A stretch of 54,364 nucleotides of DNA, from positions 1 through 54,364 of the IMG/VR virus record IMGVR_UViG_3300032330_001719, one strand, 5' to 3'. Origin of the DNA: a virus. Lineage: Duplodnaviria; Caudoviricetes. Numbering within the stretch: the stretch's first letter is position 1; every line of letters begins with the position of its first letter. The position numbers and the translations under genes were made by a program. The notes below the pieces were generated by a model, which saw nothing but the letters and a program-made list of their open reading frames with translations, was not told the DNA's origin and made no database searches. Below, in pieces: positions 16,067 to 26,729 of the stretch.

Positions 16067-17431
16067 ATGAGTGCAAATCTTAAAATGGAACAAGCGATTA
16101 TCGCTAAAAAAATATTAGAAGAGAAATTAGTAAACGAAGGTTTAACTAGTAAAGAAAAACTAGTTTTAAGTGAAATTAAGACTCGTCTAAAAGAAGCTCC
16201 GGTTAGTTATGAAGGACCTGAGAGAATGGAACCGGGAATTGAGAGAAAAATTAATCAAAGACAAACTCCATATGCGGAACATCCTGCATTACCACAAGAT
16301 GGTGATAGAGATTTTATTGAGTTAGTAACATCACAAAGATTTAAGGATTCTGTTGATAAAGTAAGAAGATTTTTAGGTGATACAACACCAATTCAAGGTA
16401 ACAACGCAATGATGGGACTTATGAGTTCTATTATGGGTAGTTTACAACAAATTAAAAGATTTGAATCACAACATAAAGAATATCTTGAAAATCTAGCGGT
16501 TAATTTAGTTAAGAAAGAATTAGGTATTCCTGAGGGTCAATTACAATTTGATGTTGAATTAGTTGGTGGTGGTATGAGTGCGTCTGAAGGGATGCAAAGA
16601 CAAGCTGAAGAGCCAAGTGAAGAAGAAGTGGAAGACGCTTTCAAAGAAAGTGAAGAACACCAAGAAGAAATGGAAGACTTTATGGATTCTATGGAAAAAT
16701 TCAACTTAGAAAAGGCAAAAAGAAGAATGATTAACTCATTAGTACAAGGTGCGGCTTTCAAAGGTGGACATATGTATGTTTTAGTGAGTAACGAATTAAA
16801 TAGATTAAGTCCTGAATTATTAAACTTATATGGTGTAACACAATCATTGATGGAACACTTATATTGGTTATATCCTGATATGGAAGGTATGGCAGGTTCC
16901 GGTGGTGGTCAAATGGGACAATCAGAAGCTGACCCTGAAACTGACCCACCAACAATCCACGCTAAAGGATTTACATTCCCTCTATTAGTTCACGAAATAG
17001 TTAAAGGTATTTATTCATTATATGGTGACCAAGGATTACCAAATGACCCGGTTCAAAGAAGTATGGTTGTTGGAGCTGAGGATACATTACCTGCTGAGGT
17101 ATGGGATTCAAGATTAGGACCAATCTTTTGGGAGAAATTCAGAGATGCTTGGCCTGATAAATTATACGAAGAAGACCAAAGACACCTTCAACAATATTTA
17201 TTTATGAGATTGTCTCAATTAGAGGCGAAGGACTTCATAAATTTAGCGAAAGCTATTTTGGAGGATAAACCGGAGGCTAAGAGAGTATTAGATAGAATGG
17301 TTAATGAAATTGTTGAAATTCTGAAAAAACACGAGTATGAAACAAAAATGTCTGACGAAGACGATGATGATGATTATGGTGATGATTTTGATGATTTAGA
17401 TGATATTGATTTATCTTCTCTTGGGTTCTAA
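16067..17431 (+). CDS. hypothetical protein upstream of the terminase
   Basis: 454-aa ORF with an acidic tail. Confidence 0.8.
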   Translation: MSANLKMEQAIIAKKILEEKLVNEGLTSKEKLVLSEIKTRLKEAPVSYEGPERMEPGIERKINQRQTPYAEHPALPQDGDRDFIELVTSQRFKDSVDKVRRFLGDTTPIQGNNAMMGLMSSIMGSLQQIKRFESQHKEYLENLAVNLVKKELGIPEGQLQFDVELVGGGMSASEGMQRQAEEPSEEEVEDAFKESEEHQEEMEDFMDSMEKFNLEKAKRRMINSLVQGAAFKGGHMYVLVSNELNRLSPELLNLYGVTQSLMEHLYWLYPDMEGMAGSGGGQMGQSEADPETDPPTIHAKGFTFPLLVHEIVKGIYSLYGDQGLPNDPVQRSMVVGAEDTLPAEVWDSRLGPIFWEKFRDAWPDKLYEEDQRHLQQYLFMRLSQLEAKDFINLAKAILEDKPEAKRVLDRMVNEIVEILKKHEYETKMSDEDDDDDYGDDFDDLDDIDLSSLGF

Positions 17432-17450
17432 AAAAACCAAATGACATTAT

Positions 17451-19223
17451 ATGTCAAATTTAACAAAAGAACAAGTACTTATTGAGTACGTAAAATGTAA
17501 TAGAGATGTTGAATACGCTCTTAGAACGTACTTAGAAACATATGACAACACGGTTAAAAAATATGTTCCATTGGAACTTTTCCCTGACCAAGTTGCATTA
17601 CTTAACGACTACGAAGAATACAATGAGAATATAGCATTAAAGTACAGACAGGCCGGGGTATCCACAGTTACCGCGGCTTGGATGTCTCGTAAACTTGTAT
17701 TCGCAAGAAAAGAAGCTCCTGAAAAAATATTGATTATTGCCAATAAATTGGATACATCATTGGAGATGGCGAACAAAATTAAAGCGTTCGTTGCACAATG
17801 GCCATCTTGGACGGGTGTGGATTTTGATAAAAACAAAAATTCCCAAAAACATTATAAATTATCAAATGGGTGTGAGGTTAAAGCCGTTGCAACATCTAAG
17901 GATGCTTTGCGTGGATTTACACCTACAATACTTGTATTTGACGAGGCCGCGTTTATCGAGGCTGATAGTGATTTCTGGTCAGCCTGTATGGCATCCCTAT
18001 CTACGGGGGGTAAAGTAATTGTAGTATCAACACCTAACGGATACGACCCAATTTACTACGAAATCTATGACCAAGCATTACGTAATATGAATGACTTCAA
18101 AATTACGGAAATGTTTTGGTACCGTGACCCACGTTATACCAAAGACTTATTTTTAGTTAAAACGGATGACATTATTCATTTCTTATTAAATAAAGAAGAT
18201 TATAATCCTGATGAATTTCTTGATTGGTCTAAAATACCATATGAGAATCGGAACTATAAAGAATTACGAGTTCTTATGGATGCCGGATATAAACCTTGTT
18301 CATCTTGGTTTGAGGCGATGGTTAAGAAATTAAAATACGACAAACGTAAAGTATCTCAGGAGTTAGAGTGTAACTTCTTAGGTTCCGGAGATAACGTATT
18401 TGATTCTCTTATGATGCAAAAAATTCGTGAGAATATGATTTTGGAACCAATTCAAAAACTTATGGGTAATGCCCTTTGGATTTGGAAGGAACCGGTTGTT
18501 GGTCATAAATATATTATGGGTGTCGACGTTTCCCGTGGGGATTCTGAAGATTTTAGTTCATTCCAAATTGTGGATTTTGATACTCAAGAACAAGTTGCCG
18601 AATACGTTGGGAAACTTCCTCCGGATACAATGGCGGAAATTTGTCACAAATGGGCAACAATTTATTCTTGTTTTGTGGTTATTGATATCACCGGTGGGAT
18701 GGGTGTTTCAACATCACGAAAATTACAAGAGATGAATTATAAAGATTTGTATATTGATGGTGTTGATAGTGCAAACAAATGGAAGTATGACCCAAAAGCT
18801 GCCGAGAAAATTCCGGGAATCAATTTTAATAATAAACGAGTTCAAATAATTGCTTCGTTTGAAGAGGTTATGAGACACGGATTTAGAATTTATAGTTCTC
18901 GTTTGTATAACGAGATGAATACTTTCGTTTATATCAATGGTAGACCTGACCACCAAAAAGGTCACCACGATGACTTAATTATGTCAATTGCGATGGCAAC
19001 CTATGTTGCGGAGTCATCATTTAGTAAATTAACTAAAGTTACTGAACAAACCAAAGCAATGTTAGAATCTTGGGCGGTTAGTAATAATGATGTTGTTTCT
19101 AAAAATTTAGAATTTAATCCTGTTATACCAAATTATTATGGAACAAATCCAAGTCAAATGGGCCAACAAAGTATTTCACGTGAAGATTATATGAGATACG
19201 GTTGGTTATTTGGAGGTAGGTAA
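17451..19223 (+). CDS. terL: terminase large subunit (T4 gp17-like)
   Basis: LKYRQAGVST (deviant Walker A), LVFDEAAF (Walker B), STPNG, QELECNF, GVDVSRG nuclease Asp, HDDLIM. Confidence 0.95.
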   Translation: MSNLTKEQVLIEYVKCNRDVEYALRTYLETYDNTVKKYVPLELFPDQVALLNDYEEYNENIALKYRQAGVSTVTAAWMSRKLVFARKEAPEKILIIANKLDTSLEMANKIKAFVAQWPSWTGVDFDKNKNSQKHYKLSNGCEVKAVATSKDALRGFTPTILVFDEAAFIEADSDFWSACMASLSTGGKVIVVSTPNGYDPIYYEIYDQALRNMNDFKITEMFWYRDPRYTKDLFLVKTDDIIHFLLNKEDYNPDEFLDWSKIPYENRNYKELRVLMDAGYKPCSSWFEAMVKKLKYDKRKVSQELECNFLGSGDNVFDSLMMQKIRENMILEPIQKLMGNALWIWKEPVVGHKYIMGVDVSRGDSEDFSSFQIVDFDTQEQVAEYVGKLPPDTMAEICHKWATIYSCFVVIDITGGMGVSTSRKLQEMNYKDLYIDGVDSANKWKYDPKAAEKIPGINFNNKRVQIIASFEEVMRHGFRIYSSRLYNEMNTFVYINGRPDHQKGHHDDLIMSIAMATYVAESSFSKLTKVTEQTKAMLESWAVSNNDVVSKNLEFNPVIPNYYGTNPSQMGQQSISREDYMRYGWLFGGR

Positions 19224-19243
19224 TATTTATAAAATAAAACCAA

Positions 19244-20905
19244 ATGGGATTTGAACAGAGAAAAAAATCAGGTAATATATTTGCGGGGTCTAGATTAGTT
19301 GTTGATGGTCAGGGAATTTATAATGTTAAAATTATAAAACCCGGATTTGAACGACAAAAATCTCCATTGGAATACTTTAGACCTATTGTATTCCCCGGTC
19401 CTGTTCCTGCACCATTATGTGACTTTACCGGAGTTCTTTTTATGACACCAACTCCAACACCAACAAATACTGTTACACCTACTTTAACTCCGACAAATAC
19501 TATCACTCCAACACCTACTTTAACTCCAACAAATACTGTAACACCTACATCAACATTTCCATTATGTGGTATTCAATTAATTTCTGTTAATAATGTATTT
19601 GGTACAACTTGGGAATATAATTTTATTTCAGGTGTTCAATGTGGTACATTAAACGTTGAATATTCTACTGATAATGTTACTTGGAATGGTTCTGCGGGTA
19701 GTTGTGTATCACCAAGAAATTTTGATATAGGTAGTCAAACAGGGACATTATATTTTAGAATAATACAATATTGTACATCAGGTGGTCCAACAACTTCAAA
19801 TGTTGTTACTTACACATTTCCAACACCAACACCGACACCGACACTTACACCAACACCAACAACAATATTTCAATTTTTACCTGATGGGTTCTATTTTACA
19901 GATGAAGTAAATAATGATACTTTTGCCTATATCTATGGAGAATTTACAGGATACACATATAACAATACTCCGGTAAATCGTTTAGTTAAATTAAATCAAG
20001 ATTTGACAATTGATTATACCTTTACCGGTGGAACAGGGTTTAATGCCGATTTTTACGCATATCAATCAATTACTCAACAACCTGATGGTAAATTAATTGT
20101 AACGGGTAACTTTACACAATATAGCGGTGTTTCATTTAATAGAATAGTTAGATTAAATACTGATGGTTCAGTAGACACCACATTTACCGGTGGTACAGGA
20201 TTTAATAATATTTCATTAGGTTCTGCGGTTGATTCATTAGGTAGAATAGTGATTGTTGGTTATTTTAATTCTTATAACGGAAATTCCGCGCCAAGAATTG
20301 TTAGATTAAATAGTGATGGTACTTTTGATGGTACATTTACAATTGGTTCAGGATTTAATAATACTGGTATTCAGGTATTAATGAATCCGGATGATACAAT
20401 GTATATTTCAGGATATTTTGACACTTATAATGGTACTTCAGTTACTCCTCGTATAGTCAAATTATTATCAACAGGTGCTATTGACACATCATTTACCGGA
20501 GGTACCGGATTTAATACTGTTGGATATCAACCAAATGGATTTATAAGAATTTCGGGTGAAACTTCTTTTTACAATTTTGGGTATTTTACATCATATAGTG
20601 GAATTTCCGCAAATAGAATTATTAAATTAAATTCTGACGGTACACAAGATACATCATTTAATAGTGGTTCAGGGTTTAATGATTATATTATATATGGTTA
20701 TATTATTTGGACCAATAAATTATTACTATCGGGTGCATTCACTAGCTACAATGGAACATCATCAAACGGAACAATTATCTTAAATTCTGACGGTACAATT
20801 TACCAAACATTTAGTAATAATTATCAAGGTATATTCTTTATTGGTAACAAATTATTTGGACAACAAAATGCACAACCAATTGAGTTAATTGCGACATACC
20901 CATAA
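19244..20905 (+). CDS. virion surface protein with Thr-Pro repeats and delta-60 (beta-propeller) repeats
   Basis: TPTPT tracts; repeated QPDGKLIV.G.F..Y...RIVRLN.DG..D.TF..GTGFN. Confidence 0.8.
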   Translation: MGFEQRKKSGNIFAGSRLVVDGQGIYNVKIIKPGFERQKSPLEYFRPIVFPGPVPAPLCDFTGVLFMTPTPTPTNTVTPTLTPTNTITPTPTLTPTNTVTPTSTFPLCGIQLISVNNVFGTTWEYNFISGVQCGTLNVEYSTDNVTWNGSAGSCVSPRNFDIGSQTGTLYFRIIQYCTSGGPTTSNVVTYTFPTPTPTPTLTPTPTTIFQFLPDGFYFTDEVNNDTFAYIYGEFTGYTYNNTPVNRLVKLNQDLTIDYTFTGGTGFNADFYAYQSITQQPDGKLIVTGNFTQYSGVSFNRIVRLNTDGSVDTTFTGGTGFNNISLGSAVDSLGRIVIVGYFNSYNGNSAPRIVRLNSDGTFDGTFTIGSGFNNTGIQVLMNPDDTMYISGYFDTYNGTSVTPRIVKLLSTGAIDTSFTGGTGFNTVGYQPNGFIRISGETSFYNFGYFTSYSGISANRIIKLNSDGTQDTSFNSGSGFNDYIIYGYIIWTNKLLLSGAFTSYNGTSSNGTIILNSDGTIYQTFSNNYQGIFFIGNKLFGQQNAQPIELIATYP

Positions 20906-20943
20906 TCTATACAAAAAAATAAAAAAATATCTATAATTTCAAT

Positions 20944-23244
20944 ATGTCAACATATATTTTAATAACAACTGAAAACTACGATGGTCAAATGGCCGAAATA
21001 ACTTTCTATCCATCAGTGGGTGGTTCAATTTATTTGGGGTCAGTTTTGTTACCTTATGAATATTATACTGATGATTTTTATGGTACATATAGTATTTACA
21101 TTCCAAGTAAAGATGCAACTTGTGAATTAAGATTTATTACACCAACTCCAACAAAAACACCAACTCAAACCCCAACGGTAACTCCTACAAATACACCAAC
21201 AAATACGGTGACACCAACGGTTACACCAACATTAACAACAAGTCCAACTACAACACCTACAGTTACACCAACACCAAGTATATCTTGTCACGGATGTAAA
21301 TATTATAAATTATATGGGGGTATAGGTCGCGGTGGTTATACTGAATATGAGTATATACCTTGCGGTAGTAATACACCAACAACAATACAAGTAAATAAAG
21401 TTGATTATTTACCGGGATTATTTAAGTATGTTTGTATTAAATGTTCATACGGTATAATTAGATTATCAGGAAATGGTACGTATAATTTAGAAGGAGAATG
21501 TCCTACGCCAACACCTACACCAACAATAACAACAACTAGAACACCAATTCCAACTAGAACACCTACAACTACACCAACACCTACCGTTACGACAACTAGA
21601 ACTCCAATACCAACTAAAACAACGACACCTACGGTTACACCAACAATAACTCAAACTCCAACACCAACAAGTACATTAACTCCGACAGTAACACCTACAC
21701 ATACGGTAACTCCAACAAATACAAATCCATCTTGTTTATGTGTTGAAGTGGTAATTAGCCAAACCGACATTGATAATGCGGTTAAAAATACTATTGGCCC
21801 ATATGATAATATTGTATTTTTCCAAGGGTCAAAACAAAGTAATTGTGATGGTAGTGATATTATATATGAATTTACTTCTCCGGGAACTTATCATTTCTGT
21901 GTTAAAAGTAGTATGATAAACACATTGAGTTTATTTTATTACTTTGAAAATGTTCCACAATATTATCCATCAATTGATAGTACCGTTACTATTAGTACTA
22001 CCGGATGTAGTGTTGATTCTGATTGTGGTAGCAATGTTACTCCAACCCCAACACCAACAAACACTGTAACACCAACTACAACTACGAAATATAATAGATG
22101 GTATTTAACCTCTTGTTGTGACGGTTTATCTGATGGTATTATGGATATTCCGTCCGGTTATATTGCGGGTGATGTTGTATTAGCCGATAATGGATATTGT
22201 TATGTTATGGTAGATTCGTCAATTAGACCAATAACATTAAATTACTCATCTTCATATGCCGATTGTACTACGTGTCTTTCAGAAAATAAACCTTGTCCAT
22301 CTCTAACTCCAACCCCAACAATAACCAACACTCCAAGTGTAACACCAACATCACCAGCGGCGTTTATTAGTGTTTGGAGAACAACAACCAATTCAGAAAC
22401 AATATCATTACCATTAGTTTCTAGTGGTACTTATTCGTTCTTAGTTGATTGGGGTGATGGAAATTCTAACACTATAACAACTTGGAATACGTTTGACAAA
22501 AATCATACGTATGAATTTGCCGGTGATTATACTGTTACAATTTCAGGTGTAATTAATGGGTGGTCATTCCAAACTAGTACATCGTCAAATACTAAATTTA
22601 TCAGTGTTATTAAATGGGGTGTATTACAAATTGGTAATACCGGTGGAGCATTTTTTGGATGTACCAATTTAGATTTATCAACCGTAACAGATACTCTTAA
22701 TTTAAGTGGAGTTATTAGTTTAGCAAGTATGTTCAGGAATTGTTCATCATTAACAACAATTAATAATATAAATCTATGGAATACCTCAACAGTTACAACC
22801 ACAACATTAATGTTTTGGGGAGCAACCAATTTTGATGATAATATTGGTGGTTGGAATATGGGTCAAGTAACCAATACTACAAATATGTTCTTTAATGCAA
22901 CTAGTTTTAATAATGGAGGTAGTTCAACAATTAATGATTGGAACGTTGGTAATTTACAAAATGCTACAGGAATGTTTAGAAACGCAATCGCATTTGAACA
23001 ACAAATTGATACTTGGAATATTGTTAATTTACTTACAGCACCATATTTTATGTCAGGTAAAAGTACTGCGGATTATCCGGCAACATTAAACCAACTATTT
23101 AACTCTTGGTCAACATTAACAGTTAAACCAAATGTGTCAATTAATTTTGGTTCAATCAATTATACATCGGTGGGAGCTCCGGGATATGGAATTTTAACAA
23201 ATTTAACAAATAATTGGAGTATTGGTACCGGAGGGCAAATATAA
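20944..23244 (+). CDS. Thr-Pro/Cys-rich protein with PKD-like and BspA/DUF285 LRR domains
   Basis: TPT tracts, VDWGDG PKD motif, repeated W..S.VT....MF..A..F. Confidence 0.8.
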   Translation: MSTYILITTENYDGQMAEITFYPSVGGSIYLGSVLLPYEYYTDDFYGTYSIYIPSKDATCELRFITPTPTKTPTQTPTVTPTNTPTNTVTPTVTPTLTTSPTTTPTVTPTPSISCHGCKYYKLYGGIGRGGYTEYEYIPCGSNTPTTIQVNKVDYLPGLFKYVCIKCSYGIIRLSGNGTYNLEGECPTPTPTPTITTTRTPIPTRTPTTTPTPTVTTTRTPIPTKTTTPTVTPTITQTPTPTSTLTPTVTPTHTVTPTNTNPSCLCVEVVISQTDIDNAVKNTIGPYDNIVFFQGSKQSNCDGSDIIYEFTSPGTYHFCVKSSMINTLSLFYYFENVPQYYPSIDSTVTISTTGCSVDSDCGSNVTPTPTPTNTVTPTTTTKYNRWYLTSCCDGLSDGIMDIPSGYIAGDVVLADNGYCYVMVDSSIRPITLNYSSSYADCTTCLSENKPCPSLTPTPTITNTPSVTPTSPAAFISVWRTTTNSETISLPLVSSGTYSFLVDWGDGNSNTITTWNTFDKNHTYEFAGDYTVTISGVINGWSFQTSTSSNTKFISVIKWGVLQIGNTGGAFFGCTNLDLSTVTDTLNLSGVISLASMFRNCSSLTTINNINLWNTSTVTTTTLMFWGATNFDDNIGGWNMGQVTNTTNMFFNATSFNNGGSSTINDWNVGNLQNATGMFRNAIAFEQQIDTWNIVNLLTAPYFMSGKSTADYPATLNQLFNSWSTLTVKPNVSINFGSINYTSVGAPGYGILTNLTNNWSIGTGGQI

Positions 23245-23290
23245 TAATACAAAGTATTTATTAAAGGATAATAAGATTTAGATTTTTAAT

Positions 23291-25210
23291 ATGGAAAATA
23301 ATCAGAATAATAATTTGACAGTATGGCAACGTTTATCAAGTGCCTTTGGACCTAACGCTCAATTAGGTCAAGATTATCCTGTCTACAAATTAGATAAGAA
23401 GGAGTTGTTAAAAACAACTTCTCAAGCAGAATACGAAAGAGAAAAATTACAAGCACAACAAACTTACTACTTAGCCAATCAATGGACTAAGATTGAAAGT
23501 AATTTATATACCCAAGCCGTTTATTACGAACCAACACGTTTAGCCTCATTCTATGATTATGAATCTATGGAATATACTCCGGAGATATCGGCAGCATTAG
23601 ACATTTATGGTGAAGAATCAACAACAGTAGACCAAAATGGTTTTATGTTACAGATTTATTCTGAATCAAAAAGGGTTAAAGGTATTTTAGCCGACTTATT
23701 CAATAACGTTTTAGATGTTAATACAAACTTACCTATGTGGACAAGAAATACTTGTAAATATGGGGATAACTTTGTTTACCTAAAACTAGATGCTGAAAAA
23801 GGTATTATTGGATGTATGCAATTACCAAACATTGAAATTGAACGTTTGGAAAGAGGTATGGCTGCAAAATCTGCAAACCTTGAAGAACCAATTGAGAATA
23901 AAGGTTTACGTTTCAAATGGAAAGTTAAAGATATGGAGTTTAACTCTTGGGAGATTGCTCATTTCCGTTTATTAGGTGATGATAGAAAACTTCCTTATGG
24001 TACTTCTATGTTGGAAAAAGCGAGACGTATTTGGAAACAGTTATTATTATCTGAAGATGCAATGTTAATTTATAGAACATCAAGAGCACCGGAAAGACGT
24101 GTGTTCAAAGTATTTGTTGGTAATATGGATGACAAAGATGTTGAACCATATGTACAACGTGTTGCAAACAAATTCAAAAGAGACCAAGTTGTTGATGGTA
24201 AAACAGGAAACGTGGATATGAGATTTAATCAAATGGCGGTTGACCAAGATTATTTCATCCCGGTTCGTGACCCAGCAGCCGCATCACCAATTGATACATT
24301 ACCGGGAGCACAAAACTTAGCAGAGATTGCCGATATCGAATACATCCAAAAGAAATTATTAACTGCGTTAAGAGTTCCAAAAGCATTCTTAGGTTTTGAA
24401 GAAACAACCGGTGATGGTAAAAATTTATCTTTAATGGATATTCGTTTTGCAAGAACTATTAACAGAATCCAAAAATGTATGGTTGCAGAATTAAATAAAA
24501 TCGCCATCATCCATTTATTCTTATTAGGATTTGAAGATGAATTATCAAATTTTACACTAGGACTTACAAATCCATCTTCTCAAGCTGACTTATTAAAAGT
24601 TGACTTATGGAAAGAGAAAATTTTATTATACAAGGATGCGGTAACCGCTATTGAAGGTATTGCTCCTGTATCAGTATCGTGGGCTAAGAAACACGTATTA
24701 GGATTCTCTGATGAAGAAATTAAACTTGATTTACAACAACAACGTATTGAGAAAGCGGTTGGCGCTGAATTAACCAATACTGCGACAATCATTACTCACA
24801 CAGGTATATTTGATAACATTGATAAATTATATGGAAACCCTGCATCCGGAACAACCGCAGGAGCCCCTGCACCTCCTGAAGGTGGTGGAGGTGGTGGAGG
24901 AAGTTTCTCTAGCTTAGGTGGAGGAGGTTCTGAATTTGGTGGTGGACCTGAATTAGGTGGAGCACCGGGTGGAGGACCTGAATTAGGTGGAGCCCCTGAA
25001 GAAGGAGGTGCCCCTGAAGAAGCACCGGCACCGGGAGCAGCACCGGCACCCGAAGAAGAAACAATACCTGAAACATTTACAAGAGATAACTTAAAGATTT
25101 TAGTGGAAAGAGGGTCAATGATTGAAGAAGAATCGTACATTGATTTATCTAAAGGAAAAAATTCTTTGGGAGAAATTGAGGAACAATTAGGAAAACTTCT
25201 AAAAGATTGA
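23291..25210 (+). CDS. portal protein (T4 gp20-like)
   Basis: YESMEYTPEISAALDIY, IAHFRL, EDAMLIYRTSRAPERRVFK, DYFIPVR, IDTLPG; Gly/Pro-rich tail. Confidence 0.93.
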   Translation: MENNQNNNLTVWQRLSSAFGPNAQLGQDYPVYKLDKKELLKTTSQAEYEREKLQAQQTYYLANQWTKIESNLYTQAVYYEPTRLASFYDYESMEYTPEISAALDIYGEESTTVDQNGFMLQIYSESKRVKGILADLFNNVLDVNTNLPMWTRNTCKYGDNFVYLKLDAEKGIIGCMQLPNIEIERLERGMAAKSANLEEPIENKGLRFKWKVKDMEFNSWEIAHFRLLGDDRKLPYGTSMLEKARRIWKQLLLSEDAMLIYRTSRAPERRVFKVFVGNMDDKDVEPYVQRVANKFKRDQVVDGKTGNVDMRFNQMAVDQDYFIPVRDPAAASPIDTLPGAQNLAEIADIEYIQKKLLTALRVPKAFLGFEETTGDGKNLSLMDIRFARTINRIQKCMVAELNKIAIIHLFLLGFEDELSNFTLGLTNPSSQADLLKVDLWKEKILLYKDAVTAIEGIAPVSVSWAKKHVLGFSDEEIKLDLQQQRIEKAVGAELTNTATIITHTGIFDNIDKLYGNPASGTTAGAPAPPEGGGGGGGSFSSLGGGGSEFGGGPELGGAPGGGPELGGAPEEGGAPEEAPAPGAAPAPEEETIPETFTRDNLKILVERGSMIEEESYIDLSKGKNSLGEIEEQLGKLLKD

Positions 25211-25218
25211 TATTTATA
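25211..25218 (+). promoter_or_regulatory. representative TATTTATA putative phage late promoter (14 exact upstream copies found)
   Basis: Exact copies upstream of starts at 5438, 6924, 11709, 13090, 19224, 25211, 26707, 27819, 31291, 31993, 35120 (+) and 4917, 42071, 47711 (-). Confidence 0.7.
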
Positions 25219-25232
25219 TTAAAAAACAAATT

Positions 25233-25949
25233 ATGAAATTCGGTATATTAAAATCAAAAATAGAAAATGTGTTATTGGAATCATACAAAAACAACACATT
25301 CAAAGATGAATTAAAAACATTCAAAAAACTTGTTATTGAGAACAAAAATGTTGCAAAAATATTTTATCTATATGATGAGTTAAATTCTCCAAAAGGATTA
25401 AATGAATCTTATGTTAATGAATTTATTAATGAGTCTATTAAGTTATATGAAAAATCAATTTCTAAAATAACTAAAGCTGAATTAAAAGGATTACACGAGT
25501 GGGTTAAAAATTCTACTGCGGAAAATTCTTATTCTAATATTGATGATTTATTCACTAGCGATGTGTTAACTATCGAATCAAGAATTAAAAGTAAAAAAAT
25601 TATTTCTGAATCACTTAGAAAATTACCAATTACTACTACCAAAGGTATTGAATTACCATTGAGTACTATGGTAAGTGTTGCAAACAAAACTATTAAAAAC
25701 TACATTGACGGATTAAACGAATCAGATAGAGAAGAAATTATTAAATTATTATCAGAAGATGATTCGGCGTTAACTGAAAAATATAATACTCTAAAAGAAA
25801 GTGTTGTTGAGAAGTTAAAAACTATGAAGGAATCATCAGACGATAATTCAGTGAAGAGCAGAATTGATGAGACCTTACACAAGGTACTTTCTGAGAAGTT
25901 TGACAAGTTATCTTATTTTAAGTTAAAAGGTCTGAACGAAAATCTTTAA
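25233..25949 (+). CDS. hypothetical head-module protein
   Basis: 238-aa ORF after TATTTATA at 25211-25218. Confidence 0.8.
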   Translation: MKFGILKSKIENVLLESYKNNTFKDELKTFKKLVIENKNVAKIFYLYDELNSPKGLNESYVNEFINESIKLYEKSISKITKAELKGLHEWVKNSTAENSYSNIDDLFTSDVLTIESRIKSKKIISESLRKLPITTTKGIELPLSTMVSVANKTIKNYIDGLNESDREEIIKLLSEDDSALTEKYNTLKESVVEKLKTMKESSDDNSVKSRIDETLHKVLSEKFDKLSYFKLKGLNENL

Positions 25950-26140
25950 TCGTTATCTGAATAAAACTTTTTTTGAACGTGGATTGCTTTGGCAATCTCC
26001 GTTCTTCTTACAACAGAAGGTTTTTTAAATTCTTTTCTTTTTACCAATTCAGAACTTTGTCTTGTTTTGATAACTTTACTTTTATAAAGTTTCAAAGCTT
26101 TCTCAATCGTCGTGTTTTTATCTAATTTTACTATTAACAT
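25946..26140 (-). CDS. rpsU: 30S ribosomal protein bS21 (phage-encoded)
   Basis: MLIV...IEKALKLYK.K..KT...EL..RKEFKKPSVVRR..I.KA; Bacteroidota-type bS21, antisense within the head module. Confidence 0.92.
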   Translation of the reverse strand: MLIVKLDKNTTIEKALKLYKSKVIKTRQSSELVKRKEFKKPSVVRRTEIAKAIHVQKKFYSDND

Positions 26141-26235
26141 ATACTAACATATATCTTCTTCCTACAAAAAAGTTTTGACTACTACAAATATTTCCCTTAT
26201 TTTTATTGAAAATAAACAGGAAATTATGAAATTGA

Positions 26236-26706
26236 ATGAAAAAGGGGAAGACCTCTAACATTACGGGATTCAAAACCGCTAAGATTATTTATGGAACAGT
26301 AGATTCCGTAGAATTAAAATCACTTTACTTAAACATCCAAACTTGGGTGGAACCAATTGTCGACAATGATAATTGGACACGGACAGTTCTCAATCTGAGC
26401 AGAACCATAAAACATTCCATATATGATTCTTTAAACGAAAAAATATTTGACACTAAATTTATTGTTGATTTAGATTTAAGGTCAAGTGGATTAAAGTACG
26501 GAAAAAAATCATTTATGAATTTAGAAATCAATTTTTTTATTATTCAACCCGGTATGGATTTCAAAGATAATGAAATAAAAGATTCATTAATAGATATTAC
26601 TACCAAAATTTTTAAAGATAACTTTAACATCAACGAATATTTTAATTTTTATTTAACCAAAAAAAGCAAATATACCAAAGAAACGACACAATTTGAGAAA
26701 GTTTAA
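26236..26706 (+). CDS. hypothetical protein
   Basis: 156-aa ORF divergent from bS21. Confidence 0.75.
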   Translation: MKKGKTSNITGFKTAKIIYGTVDSVELKSLYLNIQTWVEPIVDNDNWTRTVLNLSRTIKHSIYDSLNEKIFDTKFIVDLDLRSSGLKYGKKSFMNLEINFFIIQPGMDFKDNEIKDSLIDITTKIFKDNFNINEYFNFYLTKKSKYTKETTQFEKV

Positions 26707-26729
26707 TATTTATAAATAAAACATTTAAG

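Noticed and set aside
18140-18300. Intein or intron in the terminase
   Set aside because: Only a short in-frame segment; no intein C/S...HN ends and no frame break.
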